The notes under the pieces were generated by a model that saw only the letters and a list, made by a program, of their open reading frames with translations, was not told the origin of the DNA and searched no databases. Both the position numbers and the translations under genes were made by a program. Positions 9,701 to 18,700 of a stretch of 64,000 nucleotides of DNA are shown piece by piece. The stretch comes from an uncultured bacterium (GTDB lineage: Bacteria > UBP14 > UBA6098 > B30-G16), in the NCBI GenBank assembly GCA_965552135.1, contig CBEVQY010000012.1, positions 1-64,000 on the forward strand, in the 5' to 3' direction. Position 1 is the stretch's first letter; each line of letters begins with the position of its first letter.

Positions 9701-10044
9701 TTTTTGTATCGGTAGAATTATGTTGTGCGCCTGCGGTGGTTTGGCTTGAATGCCCCACCTCGTTCCTGCAGTTCTCCTCCTGCTCGAGTCAAGTGGCGAT
9801 ATTCGGTATTTGCGACACCACGGGGTACGCAATCGATACGATGAGGGTCTATTGCACCGCGATAATTCGTGCCGGTGTTGTCGATACCGTTTATCTTTCG
9901 GCTGCATCGCCGTATCTTGATTTTTCAACCTCAGGCGACTCGGTTTTTGTGATTGTCCACAGAATCTGGGCTGATGGCGACACAGTCGAGATCTCGCTCG
10001 ACAGTATATACAACGAAGCGGGATGTCTGACGATACCTCACTAA
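6709..10044 (+). CDS. Large secreted surface protein (beta-propeller repeats, PKD/Ig-like domains, Cys-rich C-terminal domain)
   Basis: GGAGG RBS; signal peptide; repeated QTSDGG.../DxGxxxW blades; WSLDFGDG PKD motif; SYSWTGPNGF repeats; a second propeller (GLAYDGSHLWV). Confidence 0.8.
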   Translation: MKHIFLTTLTIVISFNYALAGCGGSCFVIGGADIDRGNSITKTFDGRYVATGHTYSYGAGSADLLIVKFGEDGTIDWAKAVGGAGSDVGSAVIQTSDSGFAVLGKTTSYGSDKNFFFVKFDSAGCVEWAKSIHFENGDFGTSVIQTSDGGYLLLGVADNTPGFTEDIVLLKLGPSGAFQWARRYDVNGEDHGYAIFQTSDGGYAITGRSFPAYPLNRNFVLIKMNSSFSIEWAREIDGTVYPSDDYGKIGVQTADGGFVLTGYTNGYGAGDYDIFVAKFSSTGAYQWSRTIGGANRDQGVASIATPDGGVIITGRINGYGAGGDDLFLAKISQTGSFEWMRAVGGISDDWGRYLLHVGGDRYAVVGWTASFGAGNDDLFIVSFTDDGMACIGTPVSPPTSSPTPNIISPSIGVSSPSPSIMDVSPAVIDITPIIANCCEIFPPVAWAENDGPYCIGDEIHLFGGPDGMVSYEWSGPAGFLSTSQNPTIPAADTAARGIYTLVVIDSNGCSDTALTFVGVNRCLDPCDISVSAMGDTDICEGSTFEFYASVDPSGTSPPIYWSLDFGDGTVIQDSLLGPPWEIREEHEYSSTGTYTVRVVVSKPTNLGTDFIIDTSFPSPTADPGDLAWDGSHLWLAAHTSSYDTIYEITTAGVVVSKINSPTVLPYGLAYDGSHLWVSVTSWPPGIYEITTSGAIVSGPLSGHGSQESMGLGWQGTNRLWEVVAGASGHDSAYVTDVSSWSSPVGGFLLPRDWQEGCAYDDVHDLLWVCSWDAADPRIYGLNPATGAVEHSFPSPGSSPQGLAFDGICLWHSDKATDMIYRLCFPVDEPGCADTDYVNVTVRPNPAASASNDGPYCEGDTINLFGYPDGMASYSWTGPNGFSSSLQNPTIPGATTSASGTYTLVVTDAYGCTDTASTDVTVYPSPMASASSSDSIYCVGDTIYLYGGPDGMASYSWTGPNGFTSTLQNPIIPDADTLHSGVFILTVVDTNGCYDSESVFVSVELCCAPAVVWLECPTSFLQFSSCSSQVAIFGICDTTGYAIDTMRVYCTAIIRAGVVDTVYLSAASPYLDFSTSGDSVFVIVHRIWADGDTVEISLDSIYNEAGCLTIPH

Positions 10045-10165
10045 GCGAAGGGAAGTTTTTATAATGCGGCTTCCGGGCAATTCTTGGGGCGCCCAGGGAA
10101 ATACTGTTTGCCGGAGGATTAAATTTTTACGGCGGAGTCTTAGCCCGGTTGCCAGTGCATGGCGT

Positions 10166-10932
10166 TCAGTTGTTTTTTCGGCTTTCCCAAAGCTTGATTT
10201 CCCTTTCCCCGCCCGTGAGGTGGACGAAGAGCTCCTCGAGGGAGCGTCCTTCCATTTTTGCGTCTGCGCGGAGTTGCTCGAGGGTGCCTATTTTCATCAG
10301 GCGTCCGCGGTGGATTATGCCGATCCTGGTGCAGAGCTCCTCCGCCACAGGGAGCGTGTGTGTCGACATAAAGACCGAAGTTCCCCGCTCGACGAGTTTT
10401 CGCAAAACGCCTTTGACCAACCGCTGACTCTGGGGGTCCAAGCCCACCATTGGTTCGTCGATCACGACAAGCGCGGGGTCGTGCATTATCGCGGATGCCA
10501 TGATGATCTTCTGCCTCATTCCGTGCGAGTATTCGGCGGCGAAGTCATCCCCCCATCCCTCGACGCCGAAGAGGTCGAAAAGCCACTCGATGCGCTCGTG
10601 GATCGTCTTTCTGTCCATTCCGTATAGCGAGCCCACAAGCTCCAAAAACTCCCTGCCCGTGAGTCTGTCGTAGATGTATGGGTTGTCGGGGATGTATCCT
10701 ATGAGTCTTTTTGCCTTCTGCGGCTGCGTCACGACGTCGTACCCGCCGACGAGGATTCTCCCTTTGTCGGGTCGTAGGAGTTCGGTGATCGTTTTGATAG
10801 TTGTTGTTCTGCGCCGTTGGGTCCGATGAAGCCGAAGAGCTCGCCGGGCGCCAGCGAGAGGGTCAGGTCCTCGACGGCAACGACATCCCCAAAGCGCTTG
10901 CTAACACCCTCTATCTGAAGGACAAACTCCAT
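10166..10932 (-). pseudogene. ABC transporter ATP-binding protein, frameshifted near Walker A
   Basis: GPNGA is followed by two frameshifts (about 10760-10812). Downstream frame has YSHGMRQK, VVIDEP and STH motifs. Could be an assembly error. Confidence 0.75.
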
Positions 10933-10933
10933 C

Positions 10934-11827
10934 CTACCGCCTGAACCTTCCGATGCCCAGGACCTTGCCTATATTTGCGTCCTCGGATATTACGGGCTTG
11001 ATCCGCCCTTTTGTTGCGGTGGAGAAAAGCGTTGTGACGCCGGGTCCATGCCCCGCCCAGCGGCAGTCGCCGTGGATGACGATGCCTATGGTGATGGCTC
11101 CCCTCCTGTAGCTGCGACCGAAGCGGTTGTCGTGGTCCTTTATGGCGACGAAGTCGCCGAAGCGGAGTTTCTCGAGCCCCAGCTGGGCGATGTAGTCTTT
11201 ATCTGCGGTCATGATGTCGTAGTCGCTTTTTCCCATCGTTGTGGACCCCACGCCGCTTCCCATAAGCTCGCCGGGGATTACAGCTGCCACGGGCACGCTT
11301 ATGCCGTCGCCGTCGTCCGAGATGCCCCAGGGCTCCAAAAGCCGCGGGTCGAGGTTGTAGACGGCGATGTCGGGATAATCCAGAAAGCGCAGCCCCTGAC
11401 CGAATCCCTTTATCAGGATCTTATCGTCGAGGGTCATCTTCTCCAGGGTTTCCTCGTCGAACTCGATGATAACGTGTTCGGCGCCGCCGTGGTGCCCGAT
11501 CACAGTCCCCTTGGCTCCCTTTGCGTCGCCCGAGATGATGATGGCTTCGTTTCCCACGCATGCGTAGAAGTTGAACGCGCTGTTTGTGCCGCTGTTTCGG
11601 TCCTTTTTGTCGGCGATGGCGGAGACGGCGGGCTCAGGGTGATCAGCCTCCCAGCCGAAGGCAGGGTCGCCGACGTGGATGTTGTACGTTATGCCGCCCG
11701 TGCCGGGCAGCAGGAAAGGCTTCCCCTCCGCGTCGAATCCGTGTCTGCCGCTGTGGTGCGGCGGAGAAACGTACCCCTGAACCGATATCATAACCAGTCG
11801 ATCAGCGTTCGTGCGCGGCTTTGACAC
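10934..11827 (-). CDS. DUF4438 family protein
   Basis: LPGTGGITYN, DHPEPAVS, GHHGGAEH and GHGPGVT motifs; GTG start after AGGAGG. Confidence 0.8.
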   Translation of the reverse strand: MSKPRTNADRLVMISVQGYVSPPHHSGRHGFDAEGKPFLLPGTGGITYNIHVGDPAFGWEADHPEPAVSAIADKKDRNSGTNSAFNFYACVGNEAIIISGDAKGAKGTVIGHHGGAEHVIIEFDEETLEKMTLDDKILIKGFGQGLRFLDYPDIAVYNLDPRLLEPWGISDDGDGISVPVAAVIPGELMGSGVGSTTMGKSDYDIMTADKDYIAQLGLEKLRFGDFVAIKDHDNRFGRSYRRGAITIGIVIHGDCRWAGHGPGVTTLFSTATKGRIKPVISEDANIGKVLGIGRFRR

Positions 11828-11856
11828 TTTAGTATACCTCCTGTTTTCTCGGCGGT

Positions 11857-13197
11857 TTATGTTGCTCCAAGGCGTGCTATTTTGCCCTCTTCGTCTGGGA
11901 TGTCGCCGAAGGCGTTGCGGGCATCGTAGATAAGCGGCGCGTGCTTTGCTATCCATTCGTAGTCGAAGCAGGAGTGGTCCGTCAAAAGCACGACGATGTC
12001 GACCGACCTCAAGAGCTCCTCCGTAAGCTCAGCCGACTGGAGGGTTTCGCCGTTCCACGAAAGCGACGGCACGAGGGGGTCGGAGTATATCACCGTTGCG
12101 CCCCACTCCAGAAGCAGGTGCATCACGTCGAGGGCGGGCGATTCCCTGACGTCGGACACGTCCTTCTTGTACGTAACGCCCAGCACCAGAACCGTTGCGC
12201 CCGAAAGCGACTTCCCCGCGCGACCAAGGTGCTTAACAACACCCTCGACGACGTAGTTGGGCATCCTGTAGTTTATCTCGCTTGCAAGCTCTATGAAGTG
12301 CGCGTAGAAGTTGAGGGACCTAAGCTTCCACGCGAGGTAGTGTGGGTCGATGGGTATGCAGTGTCCTCCGACGCCGGGTCCCGGGTAGAACGGCATAAAT
12401 CCGAAGGGCTTTGTGCTTGCTGCGGATATGACCTCCCACACGTCAAGCCCGAGGCGCTCGCATATCATCGCCATTTCGTTTGCGAGGGCGATGTTGACCG
12501 AGCGGAAGGTGTTTTCCAAAAGCTTCACCATCTCTGCGGTGTCGGCGGATGAGACAGGGACGACCTTGGGCAAAAACGAAAGGTAGAACGCCGCGGCTAT
12601 GTTGGTGCACTGCTGCGTGATTCCACCCACGACCTTCGGCGTGTTGCCGGTGTGCCACCTTTTGTTCCCCGGGTCGACGCGCTCGGGCGAGAACGCGACG
12701 AACACCTCCTCGCCGACGGCAAAGCCCCTCTCCTCCAGGCGCGGCGCCACAAGCTCGCGCGTTGTGCCCGGGTAGGTGGTGCTTTCGAGCACGACGAGCA
12801 TCCCCGGGTGGGCGCGCTCGGCTATCTTCCCAACGGCGTCCTCGATGTACGACATATCGGGTTCCTTGAATCGGGAAAGGGGCGTTGGAACGCATATCAC
12901 GACGACGTCGGCGCTTGCGATGACGTCGGCGTCGGTGGTGGGGCAAAACTTCCCACTCGACACAAGCTCAGAGACCACGTCGGAGGGCACGTCGTCCACG
13001 TCGGATGCGCCGCCCAGAAGCGTTTTGACCTTGCGCTCGTTTACGTCGTAGCCGTCGACGCAAAAGCCAGCCTTGCAGACCTCCACGGCAAGCGGCAGAC
13101 CAACGTACCCAAGCCCAACGATGCAAACCCTCGCGCTGCGCTCCTCGATCTTGGCGGCAAGAAGGCGTGCATGATCACCCATATCGCTTTCCCCCAT
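11857..13197 (-). CDS. Nucleotide-sugar dehydrogenase (UDP-GlcNAc/ManNAc 6-dehydrogenase family)
   Basis: GLGYVGLP, ESTTYPGTT, SPERVDPG and GGHCIPIDP motifs. Confidence 0.92.
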   Translation of the reverse strand: MGESDMGDHARLLAAKIEERSARVCIVGLGYVGLPLAVEVCKAGFCVDGYDVNERKVKTLLGGASDVDDVPSDVVSELVSSGKFCPTTDADVIASADVVVICVPTPLSRFKEPDMSYIEDAVGKIAERAHPGMLVVLESTTYPGTTRELVAPRLEERGFAVGEEVFVAFSPERVDPGNKRWHTGNTPKVVGGITQQCTNIAAAFYLSFLPKVVPVSSADTAEMVKLLENTFRSVNIALANEMAMICERLGLDVWEVISAASTKPFGFMPFYPGPGVGGHCIPIDPHYLAWKLRSLNFYAHFIELASEINYRMPNYVVEGVVKHLGRAGKSLSGATVLVLGVTYKKDVSDVRESPALDVMHLLLEWGATVIYSDPLVPSLSWNGETLQSAELTEELLRSVDIVVLLTDHSCFDYEWIAKHAPLIYDARNAFGDIPDEEGKIARLGAT

Positions 13198-13217
13198 AGG
13201 TCGGGTGGAAAACCAAT

Positions 13218-14279
13218 TTAGTTGGGCGGGTTGCTCAAGTCAAGGACGGCTGCGCTTTCCCACCAGCGCTCAAACTCCTCGCGGTACATCTGCGCCACCG
13301 ACGGGCTGTGAATGACGACGAAATTCTCGTCGTTCGAGTGTGTTCCCGACCAGCTGAAGTTCCCGCTGCCGGTTATCACGATGGGGTCCTCGCCGTCGGG
13401 GTCGATCACCATAAACTTGTGGTGGAACGCGTACGGGCACTGATCGAGCCTGACGTCGATCCCAGCCGAAAGGAGCCTTGAGAATTCGCTTGCGGCGTCG
13501 TGTGCGTTTCCTTCGTCGAATATCCCGCGCACGACGACGCCACGTTCGGCGGCTGCGACAAGCGCGCTGGATAGCCCATCGAGGGTGAATGAGTAGATGC
13601 AGAAGCAGATTTCCTCCCTGGCTTCGTCGACGCGCTCCTGGAGCATCTGTTCGGGCAAATCCTCCGGACCGAACCAGATCTCGACGCTGCCGTCGTAGAC
13701 GGGAAACCTCTCCACGCCGTTTGGGGATTTTTCGGTGTGGAAGGCGCCGTAGAACATCTGTGTGAACTGGTCGGCGAACGCGCGGGCAACCTCCGGCGAG
13801 CTTATTACGACGACGTTGTTGTTGTTCAGGAAGAAGCCGTTTTGCGTGAAGTTTGCCGAGCCCGTCCAGACGACCGCGCTGTCTACGACGATGAACTTGT
13901 CGTGCGTCAGCGCGTCGGGCTCGTCGTCGGGCACTATTGGAATCCCTGCGGCGTACATCCGCGCGTAGGGGTCGTCGGGGTCCGCGGAGAAAAACCTGTC
14001 CCCCTCGCAGACGATCCGAACCACAACGCCCCGGTTGTGCGCATCGATCAGGGCATCCGCGAGGTCCTGCAGGTCGAAGCCGTAGGCGGCAACGTAGACG
14101 CACCTTTCCGCGCCGCTTATCAGCTCGAGCGCGCGCTCGAGAAGGTCCTCCTCGCCATAGGGGTCGGTGAACATGACCTCAAAACTCCCCGGCGCAGGTG
14201 CGCTTTCGGAGCGCTTAGTGCAGGAGCTTATCGCAAAAGCGCAAAAAGCCAAAACGAGGATCTCTTTCCCTCGCCTCAT
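13218..14279 (-). CDS. Phospholipase D-like lipoprotein (two HKD motifs)
   Basis: Lipobox AISSC; HDKFIVVD...TGSAN and HHKFMVID...TGSGN; start overlaps the upstream stop. Confidence 0.88.
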   Translation of the reverse strand: MRRGKEILVLAFCAFAISSCTKRSESAPAPGSFEVMFTDPYGEEDLLERALELISGAERCVYVAAYGFDLQDLADALIDAHNRGVVVRIVCEGDRFFSADPDDPYARMYAAGIPIVPDDEPDALTHDKFIVVDSAVVWTGSANFTQNGFFLNNNNVVVISSPEVARAFADQFTQMFYGAFHTEKSPNGVERFPVYDGSVEIWFGPEDLPEQMLQERVDEAREEICFCIYSFTLDGLSSALVAAAERGVVVRGIFDEGNAHDAASEFSRLLSAGIDVRLDQCPYAFHHKFMVIDPDGEDPIVITGSGNFSWSGTHSNDENFVVIHSPSVAQMYREEFERWWESAAVLDLSNPPN

Positions 14280-14764
14280 GGGGCAAGCCTTGGCTTGAGG
14301 ACCTCCCTTAGCCTGTAGAGCAGAATTATGACGACCCCCACAAGCGCGGTGTAGGCGGCGCTTGGGAGGATATACCTCCACAGTGCGAAGAAAAAGTGTT
14401 TTCTGTATTGCGTCAGTGCGAGGTACAGCGTTCGGTCGATGATTCCGGCGACGAAGATGGCGACGCCGTCGAGGAAGGTGTGTTCGATGTTGAGTTTTTC
14501 GCGCATTGAGCCGACAAAGAGCGCGACCGTTGCCCTTGATGCGATCCCCGCGCCCATCCACTGCGGGTTGAGGCAATCGATGAGGAACCCCGAAAACGCC
14601 CCCCAGGCTATTGTGGCGGCTCTGCTTGTGTGCACGCTCACCAGAAAGAGCGCCAAAAGCCCAAGGTCTATATCCCATCCCAGGAGCCGCAGCGGGGCAA
14701 GCAGGCTCGAGCCCGCATAAGTGCCCAAAACCACGACCAAAAACCTGTAGAAAAACGCTACCAT
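14276..14764 (-). CDS. mreD: MreD-like membrane protein
   Basis: 162 aa, about five TM segments, DLGLL and GFLID motifs. Confidence 0.6.
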   Translation of the reverse strand: MVAFFYRFLVVVLGTYAGSSLLAPLRLLGWDIDLGLLALFLVSVHTSRAATIAWGAFSGFLIDCLNPQWMGAGIASRATVALFVGSMREKLNIEHTFLDGVAIFVAGIIDRTLYLALTQYRKHFFFALWRYILPSAAYTALVGVVIILLYRLREVLKPRLAP

Positions 14765-15712
14765 CTAAGGCACGATCCTCGTGAACCTTCCCCTTCCCGC
14801 AAGCGCGTTCGCCACCTGCTCGATCGAGGTTATTATGACCTCCTCTCCGCCTCGCTCAAGGAAGTATATCGCCGCCTCGATCTTCGGTCCCATCGACCCC
14901 GGCGGGAAGTGTCCCTCCGCCAAAAAATCCTTCGCCTGCGAGACGTTCATCTGGGGGATGTCGGTTTGGTTTGGCTTTCCGAAGTTGAGGGCGACCCTGT
15001 CGACGCCGGTTATTATCACGAGCTTTCTGGCGCCGATGTCTGTGGCGAGGACGGCTGACGCCCTGTCTTTGTCGATGACGGCGTCAACGGGCTCGAGCGA
15101 GCCGTCGGGCTTCTCGATCACCGGCACGCCGCCGCCGCCCGCGCAGATCACCACAGAGCCGCCCTCCAGAAGATCGACTATCGCCTTGCGCTCAACTATC
15201 TCCAGCGGCCACGGGGAGGGAACAACGCGCCTCCAGCCGCGACCAACGTCCTCCTTCATCACCCAGCCCTCTTCCCGCGCAAGCTTTTCCGCCTCCTCCT
15301 TCGTGTAGAATCTGCCGATGAACTTGGTTGGGTTTTCGAAGCCTGGGTCGTTCGGGTCGACTATCACCCTTGTCACGACGGCGACGACGGGCCTGTCCAT
15401 CCCCGAGGTGTAGAGGTAGTTCCCAAGCGCGATGGCGAGCACAAGCCCTATTTCGCCCTGCGTTTGCGCTCCGCACACCGAAAGCGGCAGCGGTATGACC
15501 TCGCTCTGCGAGAGCTCAACGCGCCTTAAGGCGTTGCCGACCTGGGGACCGTTGCCGTGCGTTATGGCAAGCTGCCACCCCTCGGCAACAAGCCCCGCGA
15601 TAACCGACATCGACCTGCGCGCCCGTTCGAACTGGACGTCGAACGGGTCGGTGCCCTTTGTGGAAAGCGCGTTGCCGCCAAGTGCCACAACTATCCTGTC
15701 CAACCTCGGCAC
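14765..15712 (-). CDS. arcC: Carbamate kinase
   Basis: ALGGNAL, THGNGPQVG, WRRVVPSP, AVIDKD and GSMGPK motifs. Confidence 0.95.
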   Translation of the reverse strand: MPRLDRIVVALGGNALSTKGTDPFDVQFERARRSMSVIAGLVAEGWQLAITHGNGPQVGNALRRVELSQSEVIPLPLSVCGAQTQGEIGLVLAIALGNYLYTSGMDRPVVAVVTRVIVDPNDPGFENPTKFIGRFYTKEEAEKLAREEGWVMKEDVGRGWRRVVPSPWPLEIVERKAIVDLLEGGSVVICAGGGGVPVIEKPDGSLEPVDAVIDKDRASAVLATDIGARKLVIITGVDRVALNFGKPNQTDIPQMNVSQAKDFLAEGHFPPGSMGPKIEAAIYFLERGGEEVIITSIEQVANALAGRGRFTRIVP

Positions 15713-15713
15713 C

Positions 15714-18700
15714 TCACTTGATCAGAGCCACTCGCCTTGCTAAGTTCGAGCCGCAGGGAGCCCGCAAAACCACAAAGTATATCCCCGACGGCAGCGGCTT
15801 GCCCCCATCGTCTTCGCCGCGCCAAACAAGCTTCGTGCGCCCTTCGCCTACCTCGAACTCCCTCACCGCGCGACCGAGCAGGTCTTTTATGATAATCGTT
15901 CCGCCAAGCGGCGCAAAAACCGCTATCTCGCAGCTTCGGTTGAAGGGGTTGGGGAATATGGCTATGCGCGGAGCTTTCGGCTTTGTGGCAGGTGCGTCCG
16001 CCCTCCACGGCGATCTCTGCGGGAAGCAGCCTGTTCTTCGTAAGTCGTGGCGGAAGTGTGACCAGGTTGGGGCTGGAGACTCCGAAGCCGCGGGAGTTTT
16101 CCACACGTACAGCCTGCTGTCGAACGCTGGCGCGGCGATCTCGAGCCTCCCGTCGCCGTCGACGTCTTCGACCATTGGCGTTGCCGCAAGGGCGACCCCT
16201 CCGCGGAGCGGGAAGCCGAAGTCGACCGCATTGCCGCCGAACTCGTAGGCGACGAGCCTTGTGTCGTTTGGGGCGAGTATCTCGAGTTCGCCGTCGCCGT
16301 CAACGTCGACCACAAGCGGCGATGACCAGTGGGGGTTCCCCACGGGAACAGGGAAGCCAGGTAGAAGCGACCCGTCGGGGCGGATGACGCAGAGCCTTTC
16401 GTTGGACTGGAAGACTATTTCGCACCTTCCGTCGCCGTCGATGTCCGTAAGCGCCGGGCTGCGGATGCCGTCGGACGGACCCAAAAGCGTGTCGTGCACG
16501 GGGAAGCCGGGCACAATCGTCCCGTCGCCGCGGAAAGCGTAGAGCCCCCGCGGATAGACGTAGGTTATGATCTCGGCGGTTGTTGTATCGTCGTCGATGT
16601 TGCCGAGGACTGGCGAGCCCCTCGGGTCGCCGTATACCGCCTTGGGGAACCCGTCCACGCGGCTTCCGTCCGCGTTCCAGGCGTAGATGTATCCGTTGTA
16701 GGCATCGTCGGTTCCGCCGCCGACGATGACCTCTGGCTCTCCGTCGCCGTCGATGTCCCCCACTGCGGGGGAGGAGGGACCGAAGCCGTCGGTGCACTCG
16801 GGCAGGCTGTCGACGAGGTAGTCAGCGGCGTAGGGCGCGCCGTCCGCACGAACGATGTAGAGCCTCCGGTTTTGCCCGAAGAGAATGATCTCCAAAAGCC
16901 CGTCGTCGTCGAGGTCGGCGAGAGCTGGCGTTGCAATAAACCGCGTCGGCAGGGATACGGGGAAGCCGGGCTCAACGTCGCCCCAGGGGTCGATGACCCA
17001 GAGCCTGCCGGGGTACATCCTGTCGGGTTCGACGATTTCGGTCTCTCCGTCGCCGTCGATGTCTGCGGCGGCGATGGAGCTCCAAAAGCCAAGACCGTCG
17101 GCGGCGTCGCAGCTGAATATCGGATCAACGCCGACCGAGGTGTCCAAAAGCTCGCTTCCGTCGCAGCTGAAGGCGCAGATGTTGCCGCTCTCGTCGGAGA
17201 CATAGATCTCCTTGCATCCGTCGCCGTCTGCGTCGATGGCTGCGGGTGCAGAAAGCGGCCACACCCCGATGGGCAGGTCGACGGGGAAGCCCTCAAGCGG
17301 CGGGAAGATCCTCCAGGCGCGCACGGGGGCAGAGGGCGGTCCCAGGTTGCCCAGGCTGTCGATGCAGCGGACGCGGTAATAAAACTCGTCGGCATCCGGC
17401 AGATTTCGGTCCTCATAGGTTGCGTTTGTGATCGGTGCGGGCGTTTGCGGCAGGAAGACGGCGTCGGGGTTTGTTGCGCGCAGGACGACGTATCCCGCGG
17501 CGCCGCTGGCGGGCGGCTCCCAGCACAAGACCGTGCGATCGGAGTACGGCACCACCCATATGCTCCCGGGCGGCTCCGGGCGGCTTACCGAAAGCGTCCA
17601 CAAGAACGTATCGCCTGCGCTGTGGAGCTGAAGCGAAAAGGACAGACCGGTCGCGCTGTCGGATATGAAGCAGACGACGAAGATCGAGTCGAAGCCGCCG
17701 GAGGTCATATCGTCAAGGTGGGTCGTTTCGGGTGCGACGACGGCACCGTCCGCGCTCACCAAAAGCCACGGATCGATCAGGTTGCCCACGCGGTCGTTCT
17801 GGATGACGAAGAGCATCACCCCTGTGTCTCCTGGCGCGGGGATGCTGTCGGCATCGACGTACTCTGCGAGGACGAGCCTCGGCGAGGGTCCGGCCACGGT
17901 TGCCGAAAACGTGTCGCACCCTCCGGACGCAAGACAGCACAGGATTTCTATGGCACTTGCGCCGCGGAGTTCTCCGCGCAGCTCGAACGGCTCGCCCCAA
18001 AGCTCAACTGTGTCGCCCGCGGGTGCGAGGAAACCCATCTCGTCGTGCACGCCAAGCTCGGGAATGCCGACGAACACCGTGTCGTCTGCGCCTGCACCGA
18101 CCACATCCACAGCGGGGCGAACCACCTCGCCGACCTCGGGGATGCCGTCGCCGTCGCCGAGGAGCTCGGAAAGCCCCGCCCAGCACACAAAACCCCCCTC
18201 GCACGAAGCGACGGGGATCGCAAACCGCTTGACGGGCAGCCCGTAGACGACGAGCCAAACGGTGTCCTCACCCCAAAGCGTAAAGCCAAGCTCGACCGTT
18301 GTGTCGGTGCAGAACCTGCTTGCCAAAAGCCTTTGCCGCGACGCAAGCGCAACGAATACAGTGTCGAAGGGCAGTGGAGATATCCGCACAGAGATGGTTG
18401 TGTCGCGTCCCGAGAGCTCCTCGGGCTCAAACGACACGGCGTACTCGCGCGGCGGCTCTGGCGCTATGGGCGTGAGCGGATGACCACAGTAGTTGAGTAT
18501 GGAGATATCGTAGTGGTAAGAGAGCCGGGAAATCCACCCGACGAGCAGCTCCCCGGAGAACCGCGGTCTTGACTCGACCAGCGTCAGCCACATAAAGTCG
18601 TCCATATACGCCTGCGTTGACCAGGCGGTGTTGGAGTGTGCGAACATCCCTATTCCGCCGCCGCGGGGGTTGAGAGTCCAGTGGCGGGCGATGTTGTCGG

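Noticed and set aside
16494..18572. Long opposite-strand ORFs (692 aa here; also 25230-27083, 50874-52655, 62429-63721)
   Set aside because: Antisense shadows of well-supported GC-rich genes, with no motifs of their own.
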